DNA from: an uncultured Clostridiaceae bacterium
GTDB lineage: Bacteria; Bacillota; Clostridia; TANB77; CAG-465
Direction of reading: 5' to 3'
DNA length: 64,000 bases
NCBI GenBank assembly: GCA_964653805.1
Contig: CAZZFS010000004.1
Location: 4,182-68,181, forward strand
A program made the position numbers and the translations under genes. Below are positions 9,391 to 19,842 of this stretch, piece after piece (positions within the stretch are counted from its first letter, which is position 1; each line of letters opens with the position of its first letter). The notes beneath the pieces are model-generated. The model was not told the DNA's origin and ran no database searches. It saw only the letters and a program-made list of their open reading frames with translations.

Positions 9391-12300
9391 TTATGAACTT
9401 GCTAAATAATATATTGTAACTGTATATGGATAATATGTATAATAACTTGTACTATATATATATCCAGCATAATTACCAGTATAATTATATGTATTAGTAT
9501 AAGTAACATCTGCTACTTTTTTTGTTACTGTTCCAGAATATAATGCATAATGTATTACAGTTTTACCATCCCCAGCTATTCCAGATTGAGATGACCAATT
9601 TCCAGTAAAATAAATTGTACCTCTATATGTTCCATCATCATATGACCATGGATATCCTGCACCTGGATTATATAAACTACCATGTTGATAATTTACCCAG
9701 TTTGTAAGTGTTTTTGTAGGATAAGTATAAGTTGGTGTTGATACTGTATTTATTGTAACATTTTGATACGATAAATTCCCACTATATGAACCTGAAGTAT
9801 AATATTTAGTTGATGGGAATGAATTAGTAGATTGTGGACCTTGTGTAGTTGTTGCATATTGTGAACTACTTGAGCTTCCTGATGAACCTGATCCACTATA
9901 TACATTTACATATATTGTATTTCCACTTGTTGAATAGCCAACACCACCATTATTAGTTGATACACTACTAACTGATATTAAATTTGGTAATGTTGTTGAT
10001 TGACTTTGACTTTGTGAATAATCTGAGAAATACATTGTTGTAGATCTTGATACTCCATTTATTATATTTACACCATTTGATACATTTGCTGTTTTATTTC
10101 CTGCATTATCTACTGATAATACATGTAAATAATATGTTCCATTTGATAGCGACACTGAAACTGTTTGTGAAGTTGAACTTAATGCATTTGCACTATTCCA
10201 AATTGTTGAATCGGTTGCATATGTTGTAGATTGTGTTGTTGCTATATACCTTGATGCTCCAGCATTTATTCCACTTTGACTATCTGACATTGTTATACTA
10301 CAATTTAATGTACCTGTTGTACTGTATGCACTTAAAGATGCATTTTGTGGTACTGTTTTATCTATATTTGATATTGTTTTTGTACTTGATGTACTCATGT
10401 TTCCTGCTGCATCATACGCTCTTGCATATATTGTTGTACTATTTGTACTCACTGCTATTGGTGCAGTATATTCATTCCATGTTGTTCCATTTGTACTATA
10501 TTGTCTTGTTGTTGAATCACCTGAATATGTTATTGTTACAGATACTGTTCCAGCTGTCCATGTTGTTGGCGATGAAGATATTGTTGGTGCTGTTGGTGGT
10601 GTTACATCGCTACTTACTGTAAATACATTTGATCTATTTGTACTTGAATTCCCTGCTGTATCTGTCGCTTTTATCCATAAATAATATGTTCCATCAACAC
10701 TTTTTGATAAAGCTGTTCCATTTGTAAATGCTACCCACCCACTACTTGGTTCTGTAGTATTATTTGACCATGCATATTGTAATGTGCTTGTATTTAATCC
10801 ACTTCCTCCAACATCATTTACTGTTGATGTTGTACTTATAGATGTTCCATTTCCACCATTTGGACTAAATGCTACTGTTGGTGCTGTTTTATCTATATTT
10901 GTTATTGTTTTGGTACTTATTGTACTTATATTTCCTGATGCATCATATCCTCTAGCATATACTGTTGTATTATTTGTACCAACTACTACTGATGTTGAAT
11001 ATGTAGACCAGTTAGTACCATCTGTACTATATTGTTTTGTTACTGAATCTGCAGAATATGTTATCGTTACTGTAACATTTCCATTTGTCCACGCTGTTGA
11101 ACTTGTCTCCATTGAAGCTGCTGTTGGTGGTGTTATATCTAATGAAAATACATTTGATCTCGCTGTTGTTATATTTCCTGCTTTATCTGCTGTTTTTACC
11201 CATAAATAATATGTTCCATTTTGTGCATATGTTAGCGTTGATCCACTTGTAAATGCTGTCCATCCACTTGATGGTTCTGTTGTACTTGTTGACCAGATAT
11301 ATTGTGCTGTATTTATTCCGCTTCCATTTGTATCTGTTACAGTTGTTACTGTACTTGCTTGAGACATATTACTTCCACCATTTGTTCCAAATGTTACTAC
11401 TGGTGAAACTTTATCTATATTTGTTATATCTAGTATTGCTATATTTGATACATTTTGTGCTTTATCTATTAATTTAGCATATATTTTTGTATTTGCTGTT
11501 ATTGTTAAATTCATAGTATATTTTTGATATGTCACTCCATCTAAACTATAGAATAATTCATCATCTGCATTATCTTTTGTTATTCCAACCGTAATATTAC
11601 TATTCATCCAAGATGGTAATACACTAGGTGTCATTTCAAAACTTGGCATTTGTGGTGCAGTGCTATCTAATTCAAAAATATTATTTGAAATAGTTTCTAC
11701 ACTATCATAACCAATATTTTTTACCGCTCCCGCTAATACTTTTAATTTATATTTACCATCTGCTATTCCTGTTGTATTTATTGTTATTGTTGCCTCTTTA
11801 GAATTTTCTGTACCTGTTATTGTTCCTAATGTAATTGAAGGTTGTGTAGACAATTCTGTCCCCGATTCATTTACTACTTTTATATTTCCATTTAATATTA
11901 CATCTGTTATTTCTACACCTGAAGATATATCCATATAATAATCAACATTTGTTCCAGATTTTACAGGAACGTCAGTTGCTGTTACTAATGTTAAATCTGG
12001 TTTAGCAACTACTAATAAACCTGGTACATCAGTCCCCCATTTATTTTCATCTTTATCGCCACCTTTTAGACAAAGACCACCATCAACAATTTGAAATTTC
12101 CCTTCATATTCATCTTTATTACCTAAACTTTTTATTATTGCAACTACTTCTTCATCAGTATCTGCATTTAAACTTTCAGGCGAAAAAGTTCCTCCTGTTG
12201 TAGCATATTGCTGTGCTTTATATAACTCAAGTTCATCTTTAAAAGAACTTACATCCATTACAAATCTAGCTTTTTTAGCTTCATTTATTGGATTATTACC

Positions 12301-12408
12301 CGAAAACATAAACATTATAGCAGCTACTAAAATTATTAAAACAATAATCGTTATAACTAATACAATTAAATTTATACCTTTTTTCATTTTTTTTCTTTCG
12401 TTATTCAT
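9391..12408 (-). CDS. large membrane-anchored repetitive surface protein (tandem Ig-like repeats, Tyr/Ser-rich C-terminus)
   Basis: Start MNNERKK at 12408 with a GGGGGA RBS. The track's M at 12429 lies in the RBS. There is a basic N-terminus plus one TM helix, then three ~170-aa near-identical repeats (TPPTA...YSTDGT/NGT...YARGYDASGN...NIDKT) and a Y/S/T-rich tail. No LPXTG motif was seen. Confidence 0.75.
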   Translation of the reverse strand: MNNERKKMKKGINLIVLVITIIVLIILVAAIMFMFSGNNPINEAKKARFVMDVSSFKDELELYKAQQYATTGGTFSPESLNADTDEEVVAIIKSLGNKDEYEGKFQIVDGGLCLKGGDKDENKWGTDVPGLLVVAKPDLTLVTATDVPVKSGTNVDYYMDISSGVEITDVILNGNIKVVNESGTELSTQPSITLGTITGTENSKEATITINTTGIADGKYKLKVLAGAVKNIGYDSVETISNNIFELDSTAPQMPSFEMTPSVLPSWMNSNITVGITKDNADDELFYSLDGVTYQKYTMNLTITANTKIYAKLIDKAQNVSNIAILDITNIDKVSPVVTFGTNGGSNMSQASTVTTVTDTNGSGINTAQYIWSTSTTEPSSGWTAFTSGSTLTYAQNGTYYLWVKTADKAGNITTARSNVFSLDITPPTAASMETSSTAWTNGNVTVTITYSADSVTKQYSTDGTNWSTYSTSVVVGTNNTTVYARGYDASGNISTISTKTITNIDKTAPTVAFSPNGGNGTSISTTSTVNDVGGSGLNTSTLQYAWSNNTTEPSSGWVAFTNGTALSKSVDGTYYLWIKATDTAGNSSTNRSNVFTVSSDVTPPTAPTISSSPTTWTAGTVSVTITYSGDSTTRQYSTNGTTWNEYTAPIAVSTNSTTIYARAYDAAGNMSTSSTKTISNIDKTVPQNASLSAYSTTGTLNCSITMSDSQSGINAGASRYIATTQSTTYATDSTIWNSANALSSTSQTVSVSLSNGTYYLHVLSVDNAGNKTANVSNGVNIINGVSRSTTMYFSDYSQSQSQSTTLPNLISVSSVSTNNGGVGYSTSGNTIYVNVYSGSGSSGSSSSSQYATTTQGPQSTNSFPSTKYYTSGSYSGNLSYQNVTINTVSTPTYTYPTKTLTNWVNYQHGSLYNPGAGYPWSYDDGTYRGTIYFTGNWSSQSGIAGDGKTVIHYALYSGTVTKKVADVTYTNTYNYTGNYAGYIYSTSYYTYYPYTVTIYYLASS
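10400..11420. repeat. intragenic ~510-bp tandem DNA repeats (about two full copies, high identity)
   Basis: The opposite-strand ORFs 10397-10684 and 10784-11209 translate to near-identical peptides, reflecting near-identical DNA repeats in the surface-protein gene. Confidence 0.7.
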
Positions 12409-12669
12409 TTTTATCCCCCTAAAAAACATTTCATTATATTTATAATCTATATATTATCATTAAAACAAAAAAAAATCAACCAAAATATTATATTTTTTTA
12501 CAATTTTTTATTATATTTAATAAAAAAATAAAGATGGTTTAAAAAATCAAATCATCTTTATTTTGGTTGAATTTTTTTATATACTATTACTTAATGCATA
12601 TAAGCACTTTTATCGTACTCATTTAGAAAGTCTTTTACATATTCAACATCTGTTATACATGGAACATAT

Positions 12670-14139
12670 TCAGTTCCGTATTTTTTGTCTTGTTTCATTA
12701 CCTTTTCCAGTTATTAAAATAATAGTTTTTTGAATATCTTCTTTTGCTGTTTTAACAGCTTCTTTTATAGCTTCGCCTCTATCTTCTATTATCTCATAAT
12801 TTTTTGTATATTCTTCTACATATTTTGCGATCTCTTTTGAAATATCTAAAACAGGTTCCATTCCAGGATCTTCTGCTGTTATATATATTTTATCAGAATT
12901 TTTACCAGCTAGCAAACCTAAATCTTTTCTTCTAAGGAATGCTTTTTTACCTGGACACCCAAACACTGTTATTATTTTTCTATCTGGATATTCACTTTTT
13001 GTAGATTCATATAATTTTTCAAAACTCAATTTGTTATGAGCATAATCAACTATAGCTATTATTTTTTTATCTTTACTATGATAAATTTCCATTCTACCAC
13101 TTGATTTAGCCTTTTTTAAACCTTCATATATATGTATATATGGTATATTCATTTTTATAGCAACACCTATTGCAGCAACAGCATTTTCTACATTAAAAAG
13201 ACCTGGCATTGTTAAAACAAATTCTTTCCCATTATACTCAATATTATTATCATTTAAATTTATTTTAAATACAGTATCAAATCCATTTTTTTGAATATCA
13301 TAAGCATATATATCTGCATTTGAATTATTTTTTGAAAAAGTAAAAACTTCTTTAGAATCAGATTTAGCTTTTTCTAATATTTTATCACTAAAATCAGAAT
13401 CCAAATTTACAAATATTTTTTTTGATTTAGCAAACATTTTCATTTTTGAATTAAAATAATCTTCAAAATCAATATGCTCTATTGGACTAATATGATCTTC
13501 TGAAACATTTAAAAATATCCCATAATCAAATTCCAATGTTCCAACTCTATCATATTTTAATGCTTGAGATGAAACTTCCATAACTAAATTTTTTATACCA
13601 CTATTAACAGCATTTTTAAAATTATTTTGTAAATCTAATGATTCGGGTGTTGTTATATGTGATTCAAAATTTAATACACCATCATATGTATCTATAGATG
13701 AAATTATAGCTGTATCTTTTAAGTTATTTTTACTTGCATATTCATCTAATATATATTTAATATAATAAGAAGTAGTTGATTTACCTTTTGTACCTCCAAC
13801 ACCTATTATATTTAATTCTTTAGCTGGATAATCAAAATATTCATCTGCTATAATACAAAGTGACATTTTTATATCTTTTACTAATATACAAGGTATCTCT
13901 ACATTATATTTTTTTTCACTAACATAAAAAATAGCACCTTTATTTACTGCATCTATTAAATATTCCTCTTTAAAATTTTGACCTTTACAAATAAAAAGCG
14001 TATTTTGTAAAACTTCATTTGAATTATATGTAACATATCCAATATCAAAATTTTGAATAGTCATTTCATTTAATTCTTCTAAATTAATTATTTGATTTTT
14101 TTCTTTTAAAATTTCTATATATTTTTCTATTTTTTTCAA
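12670..14139 (-). CDS. murE: UDP-N-acetylmuramoyl-L-alanyl-D-glutamate--2,6-diaminopimelate ligase (Mur ligase)
   Basis: GVGGTKGKSTT P-loop and the DYAHN motif of the Mur ligase family, 489 aa. Confidence 0.8.
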   Translation of the reverse strand: MKKIEKYIEILKEKNQIINLEELNEMTIQNFDIGYVTYNSNEVLQNTLFICKGQNFKEEYLIDAVNKGAIFYVSEKKYNVEIPCILVKDIKMSLCIIADEYFDYPAKELNIIGVGGTKGKSTTSYYIKYILDEYASKNNLKDTAIISSIDTYDGVLNFESHITTPESLDLQNNFKNAVNSGIKNLVMEVSSQALKYDRVGTLEFDYGIFLNVSEDHISPIEHIDFEDYFNSKMKMFAKSKKIFVNLDSDFSDKILEKAKSDSKEVFTFSKNNSNADIYAYDIQKNGFDTVFKINLNDNNIEYNGKEFVLTMPGLFNVENAVAAIGVAIKMNIPYIHIYEGLKKAKSSGRMEIYHSKDKKIIAIVDYAHNKLSFEKLYESTKSEYPDRKIITVFGCPGKKAFLRRKDLGLLAGKNSDKIYITAEDPGMEPVLDISKEIAKYVEEYTKNYEIIEDRGEAIKEAVKTAKEDIQKTIILITGKGNETRQKIRN

Positions 14140-14274
14140 TTAAATTTACCTCCAATTAATATGTATTTATTATATATTAATTTTATTATAAAATCAATGG
14201 CTATAAAAAACAAATAAAAAAAGAAATAGATTTTTTAACAAATCTATCTCTTTTTTATTATATTTATGTTTATG

Positions 14275-14838
14275 TTATAAGTTAGTAACATTACCTATGA
14301 TTTCTAAATTATTCACATTATTTTCAACTACAAACTCTAAACCAGCTTCATATGATTCTTGAATAATTAAATCTATTTTTTGATCAATTACATCATGACT
14401 CATTTCTTGAGATAATACTAATTCACTTAAAAGTATATCTTTTGCTGTATTTAACATTTTTTTCTCACCTATAGAAAGACCTCTTTCAGTATGTCTATGA
14501 GCTAATTCTCTAACTACTTCAGCAACATCTAATATTTTACCTGTTTTAATTTTTTCGACGTTACAATTGTACCTTCTGCTCCAATTAGAATCATGAACAT
14601 AAGGATCTTTTGGTTTTGATAAAACTTCAAATACTTTTTCTGAAACTTTTTTTTCCGAAACTTCTCTTACACCTATATTTTCAACCTTACTTTTTGGAAC
14701 CATTAATTTCATTCCTCCAACAGGCATTTTAATAATATAATATTCTTCAAAATTCCCAAACATTTCTTTTTCTTGTATATCTTCTATTGTACCTGCACCA
14801 TGCATTGGGTATACTACTTTATCTCCTATATTAAACAT
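14275..14838 (-). CDS. carD: CarD/CdnL family RNA polymerase-binding transcription factor
   Basis: MFNIGDKVVYPMHGAGTIE N-terminal RNAP-interacting domain, about 160-190 aa. Confidence 0.8.
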   Translation of the reverse strand: MFNIGDKVVYPMHGAGTIEDIQEKEMFGNFEEYYIIKMPVGGMKLMVPKSKVENIGVREVSEKKVSEKVFEVLSKPKDPYVHDSNWSRRYNCNVEKIKTGKILDVAEVVRELAHRHTERGLSIGEKKMLNTAKDILLSELVLSQEMSHDVIDQKIDLIIQESYEAGLEFVVENNVNNLEIIGNVTNL

Positions 14839-15067
14839 GGTAATCCCCCCTCGCCAAAATAATTTAATACACTATAATTATATCACATTTTTCAACAAAA
14901 GTAAAGTTTTTGACAATATTTAGTCTGATAAACAGACTTTATTTTGTTTTATGTTACTTATTTTCCGAAATATGTACTTTATTGTATTTTCTAAATGTTA
15001 ACTGTATTCAAATAAACATAATTTTAATCATTATTTTTTGTTTTTTCAGTTTTTCTTTAGTTTTTAA

Positions 15068-16153
15068 CTATATATTATATCCTTTTAATATATATTGTTC
15101 TTGAAGTCTTCTTAACGATTGATTTATTATTTTTGCTCTAACTTCTCCGATACCTTCAACATCATCTAATTCATCAATTGTAGCAGAACAAACTCCTTGT
15201 AAAGAGCCAAATGCTTCTACAGTTTTTTCTATTACATATACAGGCATTTTAGGAACTTTGCTAAGTATTCTATATCCTTTTGGTGATACATTTAAATCTA
15301 AAACATTAGTATCAATTTCGTATCCAAGTATTTTAATTATTTTTTCTGCATTTACTAAATCTTTTCTATCTAATTTTCTTATTTCTTTTAATACTGATTC
15401 TGGAGTTTTAGTACTTTTTTTCTTCATAATCATATAATCTTTTATAATTTTCTTCTCTTCAGATTCAACATTAGCAATTAATTCTTCTAATTGCATATTA
15501 ACAAGTCTACCTTCATCACCAAGTTCAATTATATTTCTTTTAACTTCAGTTTCCATTCTCATTATTATTTCACTTCTATATATTGTATTTGCAACAGTTT
15601 CTAATGATACAATATCATCAAATTCATGCTCACTCAATATATTTAACATATTATCAAAAACTACTTTGTATTTTTCTAAAGCTTGTAATGTTTGATTTGC
15701 TCTCATTATTACAGAAGATGTTTCATTTATTACATATCTAAAATCACCTTTAAATATTGTAATAATACCTCTTCTTTGAGATATACATATAACTAGTTCA
15801 TTTGTTTCTTTAGCTACACGTTCAGCAGTTCTATGTCTTGTACCTGTTTCAAATGTTTTGATTTTATGATCTGGTACTAATTGAACGTTTGCCATTACTA
15901 ATTTTTCTAAATCTTTACTTACTACAATTGCTCCATCCATTTTTGCAAGTTCGTATACATTAGCTGGTGTGAAATTTTGATTTATTTTAAATCCACCATC
16001 TACTATTTTCATAACTTGATCACTCTCAGATAATATAATTAAAGCTCCTGTTTTAGCTTTTAATATATTATCCAAACCTTCTCTTAATTTTGTACCAGGA
16101 GCTAACATTTGTAATATTTCTAACATTTCTTCTTGTTGCATTTTTCTTTTCAC
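15068..16153 (-). CDS. disA: DNA integrity scanning protein DisA (diadenylate cyclase)
   Basis: DAC-domain motifs (DGAIVVS, GTRHRTAERV), C-terminal HhH region, and the conserved position downstream of radA. Confidence 0.85.
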   Translation of the reverse strand: MKRKMQQEEMLEILQMLAPGTKLREGLDNILKAKTGALIILSESDQVMKIVDGGFKINQNFTPANVYELAKMDGAIVVSKDLEKLVMANVQLVPDHKIKTFETGTRHRTAERVAKETNELVICISQRRGIITIFKGDFRYVINETSSVIMRANQTLQALEKYKVVFDNMLNILSEHEFDDIVSLETVANTIYRSEIIMRMETEVKRNIIELGDEGRLVNMQLEELIANVESEEKKIIKDYMIMKKKSTKTPESVLKEIRKLDRKDLVNAEKIIKILGYEIDTNVLDLNVSPKGYRILSKVPKMPVYVIEKTVEAFGSLQGVCSATIDELDDVEGIGEVRAKIINQSLRRLQEQYILKGYNI

Positions 16154-16157
16154 CTAC

Positions 16158-17543
16158 CTATTCAAAAATTTGTGAAATAGCTTGTTCTATGGTATTTATA
16201 CCTATTAATTTAATATCTAAATCTGATATATTTTTAGAATTTAAATCAATTTGATGTTTATTAGCAAATATCTTACTATATCCCATTTTAGCCATTTCTC
16301 TTATTCTTTTTTCAAAATTATTTATACTTCTTATTTCACCTGTAAGTCCAATTTCACCGATAAATACAGTTTTGCTATTTATTGTTTTATTTTTAAAACT
16401 TGATATTATTGCCATTGCTACACTTAAATCAACCGCTGGTTCATCAATTTTCATTCCACCAATTACATTTAAATATATATCTTGTGTTCCTAAACTTATT
16501 TTACATCTTTTTTCAAGAACTGCTATTATCATATTTAATCTATTTAAATCTATTCCATTAGCAACTCTTCTTGGCATATTATAATACGAATGTGATGTTA
16601 ATGCTTGGACTTCAAGTAATATTGTAGATGTTCCTTCTACTGTAGCTACTATCGCTGTACCTGGTAAGTTATTACTAGCATCTGATAAAAAAATCTCTGC
16701 TATATTTTTAACTTCTACCATTCCAACATCTTGCATATCAAATATACCAATTTCATTTGTAGAACCAAATCTATTTTTCACACCTCTAATTATTCTATGA
16801 GTAAAAAATCTTTCACCTTCAATGTATAAAACAGTATCTACCATATGTTCTAGTATTCTAGGTCCTGCTATAACACCATCTTTTGTAACATGGCCAATTA
16901 ATATTACTGTTAAACCACATCTTTTAGCTAAATACATAAGTCTTGCTGTAACTTCTTTTACTTGAGAAACACTTCCCGGAACAGAAGATATATCCTCATC
17001 AAACATTGTCTGTATAGAATCTATTATGCAAAATTTAGGTTTTATATTATCTATTTTATTTTCAATTTCTGAAATATTAGTTTCACTTAAAAACAATAGA
17101 TTATCTGATTTTATATTTAATCTATCAGCCCTTATTTTTATTTGAACATCAGATTCTTCACCAGAAACATATAAAACTTCACCAACTTTACTTAAATTAT
17201 TGCAAACTTGAATTATTAATGTAGATTTTCCAATACCTGGTTCACCACCTATTAAAGTCATTGAACCTTCAATTAATCCACTACCTAAAACTCTATTTAA
17301 TTCTTCATATCCAGTATTTATTCTAGATGTATTAGAAATTTGTATATCGTTTAGTTTTTTTACTTGTGATTTATTATTAAAAGTATCAGAAAAACTTCTT
17401 GAACTATTTGTTTTAGAAGTTTTTTTATTTATTTTTTCTTCTACAAAACTATTCCAACTATTACATCCTGGACACTTACCTAACCATTTTGCACTCTCAT
17501 ATCCACATTCTTTGCAAAAAAATACAACACTACTTTGAGCCAT
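16158..17543 (-). CDS. radA: DNA repair protein RadA/Sms
   Basis: N-terminal C4 zinc finger (CKECGYESAKWLGKCPGCNSWNSF), RecA-like P-loop GEPGIGKST, Lon-like C-terminus. Confidence 0.9.
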   Translation of the reverse strand: MAQSSVVFFCKECGYESAKWLGKCPGCNSWNSFVEEKINKKTSKTNSSRSFSDTFNNKSQVKKLNDIQISNTSRINTGYEELNRVLGSGLIEGSMTLIGGEPGIGKSTLIIQVCNNLSKVGEVLYVSGEESDVQIKIRADRLNIKSDNLLFLSETNISEIENKIDNIKPKFCIIDSIQTMFDEDISSVPGSVSQVKEVTARLMYLAKRCGLTVILIGHVTKDGVIAGPRILEHMVDTVLYIEGERFFTHRIIRGVKNRFGSTNEIGIFDMQDVGMVEVKNIAEIFLSDASNNLPGTAIVATVEGTSTILLEVQALTSHSYYNMPRRVANGIDLNRLNMIIAVLEKRCKISLGTQDIYLNVIGGMKIDEPAVDLSVAMAIISSFKNKTINSKTVFIGEIGLTGEIRSINNFEKRIREMAKMGYSKIFANKHQIDLNSKNISDLDIKLIGINTIEQAISQIFE

Positions 17544-17559
17544 TTTACACTCCCTTTAT

Positions 17560-18531
17560 TTAACCATATCTTATATCTTCTGTTGAATTTGTTTTAACTT
17601 CTAATTCTTCTTTTTTTTCCGTTGTTCCTTCACTATTTAAAATAAATTTATTATTTATTTTATCTATCCATTCATATGTTATATCTTCTGGTATATCCAT
17701 ATTACCTTTTCCAATTCCAAGACTAATACTTTTCTTGTTTGCACCATGGTAATCTGTTCCTCCAGATATATATATATTATGCTTATTACAATATTCTAGT
17801 AAATAATTAGTTTGTTCGTCTTTAAATAAGCTATAATAACACTCTACTCCATCTATTTTATAATCATTAACAAGTGTGTTAAATATATTTTTAGCATGAT
17901 CCCTATATATGTATATATGAGGAATAAAAACTAACCCACCAGCTTTTTTTATAAGTTCAATTATTTTATCACAAGAAGGCATTAAATCAACTAAATGAAC
18001 ATAAAATAAACTATCTGGATTAGACATATGCTTTCTAAAAAATATAGTATCGTCTTTCCAAGAAGCCTCATCTAAAATATATTTTTTATTTTCTTCATTT
18101 TTAGTTATATTTTCATGTAAAAATGTTGTAGAATATGTATAATTATTTTCATATTTTTCTAAAATATTTTCTTCTAATTTAACACCAACTTTTTTACAAT
18201 TTTTATATAATCTTTCCATTTTGATTAAATCTTTTTGTTTTTTATTAGTATAAATTTTTTTAACTTCTTCATTTATAATAACTGGATCTACTCCATAACC
18301 TAAAAGTTCAATAGGAATACCATTTACTATTGTTTTTAACTCTACTCCGGTTATAATCTTTCCTGTATAATAATCAGATATATTAATTTTATTAAAATCC
18401 TCATATATGTAACAATTATCATGATCAGTTATTGATATATAACTTAATTTTTTTTCTTCTGCTTTTTCTAAAATTGAAATGTAATTATCTGTTCCATCAG
18501 ATCTTTTAGTATGTATATGTAAGTCAATCAT
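17560..18531 (-). CDS. PHP-domain phosphoesterase
   Basis: N-terminal IDLHIHTKRSDG PHP motif. Confidence 0.6.
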   Translation of the reverse strand: MIDLHIHTKRSDGTDNYISILEKAEEKKLSYISITDHDNCYIYEDFNKINISDYYTGKIITGVELKTIVNGIPIELLGYGVDPVIINEEVKKIYTNKKQKDLIKMERLYKNCKKVGVKLEENILEKYENNYTYSTTFLHENITKNEENKKYILDEASWKDDTIFFRKHMSNPDSLFYVHLVDLMPSCDKIIELIKKAGGLVFIPHIYIYRDHAKNIFNTLVNDYKIDGVECYYSLFKDEQTNYLLEYCNKHNIYISGGTDYHGANKKSISLGIGKGNMDIPEDITYEWIDKINNKFILNSEGTTEKKEELEVKTNSTEDIRYG

Positions 18532-18565
18532 AAAGCTCCCTTCAATTTTATTTTTTAAATATATA

Positions 18566-18919
18566 TGGTGGAGATGGTGAGAATTGAACTCACGTCCAGA
18601 AACCTATTCATACAAAATTCTCCGAGTGCAGTAAATGTTTAAATTTCATCCGTATACTCTAACATTCACAAAACTGTATATAGACTAAATTGAAAAATAC
18701 CCCCTAACGTACAATCATTGTTAGTTTCGTTGGCTAGATTTATTTGATGCCTTTTATTCCTCTCTAGCTAAAAAATAAAACACACACTACCTACTTAGGC
18801 AGCAAAAGCTAACTTATTGTTATCAGCGTTTAAATATTTTTCTCGTTTTTATAGTGGCCCACGAGAATCCACTACTCGCTATTTGTACTTCAAGATAACT
18901 GTCGATACCTTACATCCCC
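18566..18919 (-). ncRNA. ssrA: tmRNA (SsrA)
   Basis: Minus-strand 5' GGGGAUG pairs with a 3' CAUCUCC-ACCA acceptor, including a G3-U wobble. T-arm GUGAG-UUCAAUU-CUCAC. Length 354 nt. Internal tag ORF GCU GAU AAC AAU AAG UUA GCU UUU GCU GCC UAA gives ADNNKLAFAA. Confidence 0.85.
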
Positions 18920-18997
18920 ATATATTAACATTATACCATAAAAAAATATTTTTTAAAAGTATTTTTGTAAATATTTATATAAAATCTATATTTTTAA

Positions 18998-19026
18998 TTG
19001 ACATAACAATTATTTTATTATATAAT
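18998..19026 (+). promoter_or_regulatory. consensus TTGACA-17-TATAAT promoter for the dCMP deaminase gene
   Basis: Exact hexamers with a 17-nt spacer, about 50 nt upstream of the ATG at 19077. Confidence 0.55.
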
Positions 19027-19076
19027 CTAAAAATAAATTCAAATTTTATTTTTTTTATATTAAAAAGGAGATTATA

Positions 19077-19565
19077 ATGGAACAAAGAGAAAATTATTTA
19101 GACTGGGATAGTTATTTTATGGGAATTGCTAAATTTTCAGCAATGAGAAGCAAAGATCCTTCTACTCAAGTTGGAGCTTGTATTGTAAGCCAAGATAACA
19201 GAATATTATCTATTGGCTACAACGGTGCACCAAATGGATTTGAAGATAAAAGTTTTCCTTGGGGAAAAGAAGGTGAAGCTTTAGAAACTAAATACCTTTA
19301 CGTATGTCATGCCGAAACAAATGCAATACATAATTTTTGTGGAAGCAAAAATGAATTAAAAGGTTCTAGAATTTATGTGGATTTATTTCCTTGTAATGAA
19401 TGTTCTAAATCAATAATTCAAGCAGGAATAAAAGAAGTAGTATATTTATCAGATAAATATGCTGATACAGATAGCGTAATTGCTTCAAAAAGATTATTTG
19501 ATACTTGTGGTATAACATACCGTAAATTCTCAAATGATATTAAAATAACAATTGATTTAAGTTAA
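19077..19565 (+). CDS. comEB: dCMP deaminase (ComEB-type cytidine/deoxycytidylate deaminase)
   Basis: CHAE zinc-binding motif and PCxxC motif, 162 aa. Confidence 0.8.
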   Translation: MEQRENYLDWDSYFMGIAKFSAMRSKDPSTQVGACIVSQDNRILSIGYNGAPNGFEDKSFPWGKEGEALETKYLYVCHAETNAIHNFCGSKNELKGSRIYVDLFPCNECSKSIIQAGIKEVVYLSDKYADTDSVIASKRLFDTCGITYRKFSNDIKITIDLS

Positions 19566-19842
19566 ATTTTGTTATTAGTTTCAAAATCTGGAAAAGTATT
19601 GAAAATCTAAACTCTATGTTTAGATTTTTTTTGCTATTTTAAATAGCTTTTTGTGTTTTTTTCTTGACATAACTAAATTTTAAATATATAATTTAAGAAA
19701 TATTTGATTTAAGAATTTTTTTAATAAAAAAGATGTTTCATTCTACTTTAAATAAATATATATCACATTATTTTATTATCGCTTTAAATAATGAATATTA
19801 AATATTCATTTTTAAAAAATAAAGAAGGAGAAAAACAAAATT

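Noticed and set aside
10047-11477. Five plus-strand ORFs (60-141 aa) inside the surface-protein gene
   Set aside because: They are antisense frames of the real minus-strand gene. Their mutual similarity only mirrors the tandem DNA repeats. No RBS, and leucine/phenylalanine-rich junk composition.
12340-12429. Type IV pilin-like prepilin signal at the N-terminus of the large surface protein (KKG followed by a hydrophobic stretch)
   Set aside because: It lacks the G-F-x-x-x-E motif, in particular the Glu at +5. It is better explained as a simple N-terminal membrane anchor.
18817-19077. Plus-strand 86-aa ORF
   Set aside because: It overlaps the tmRNA gene and its promoter on the opposite strand. 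The real feature there is ssrA.
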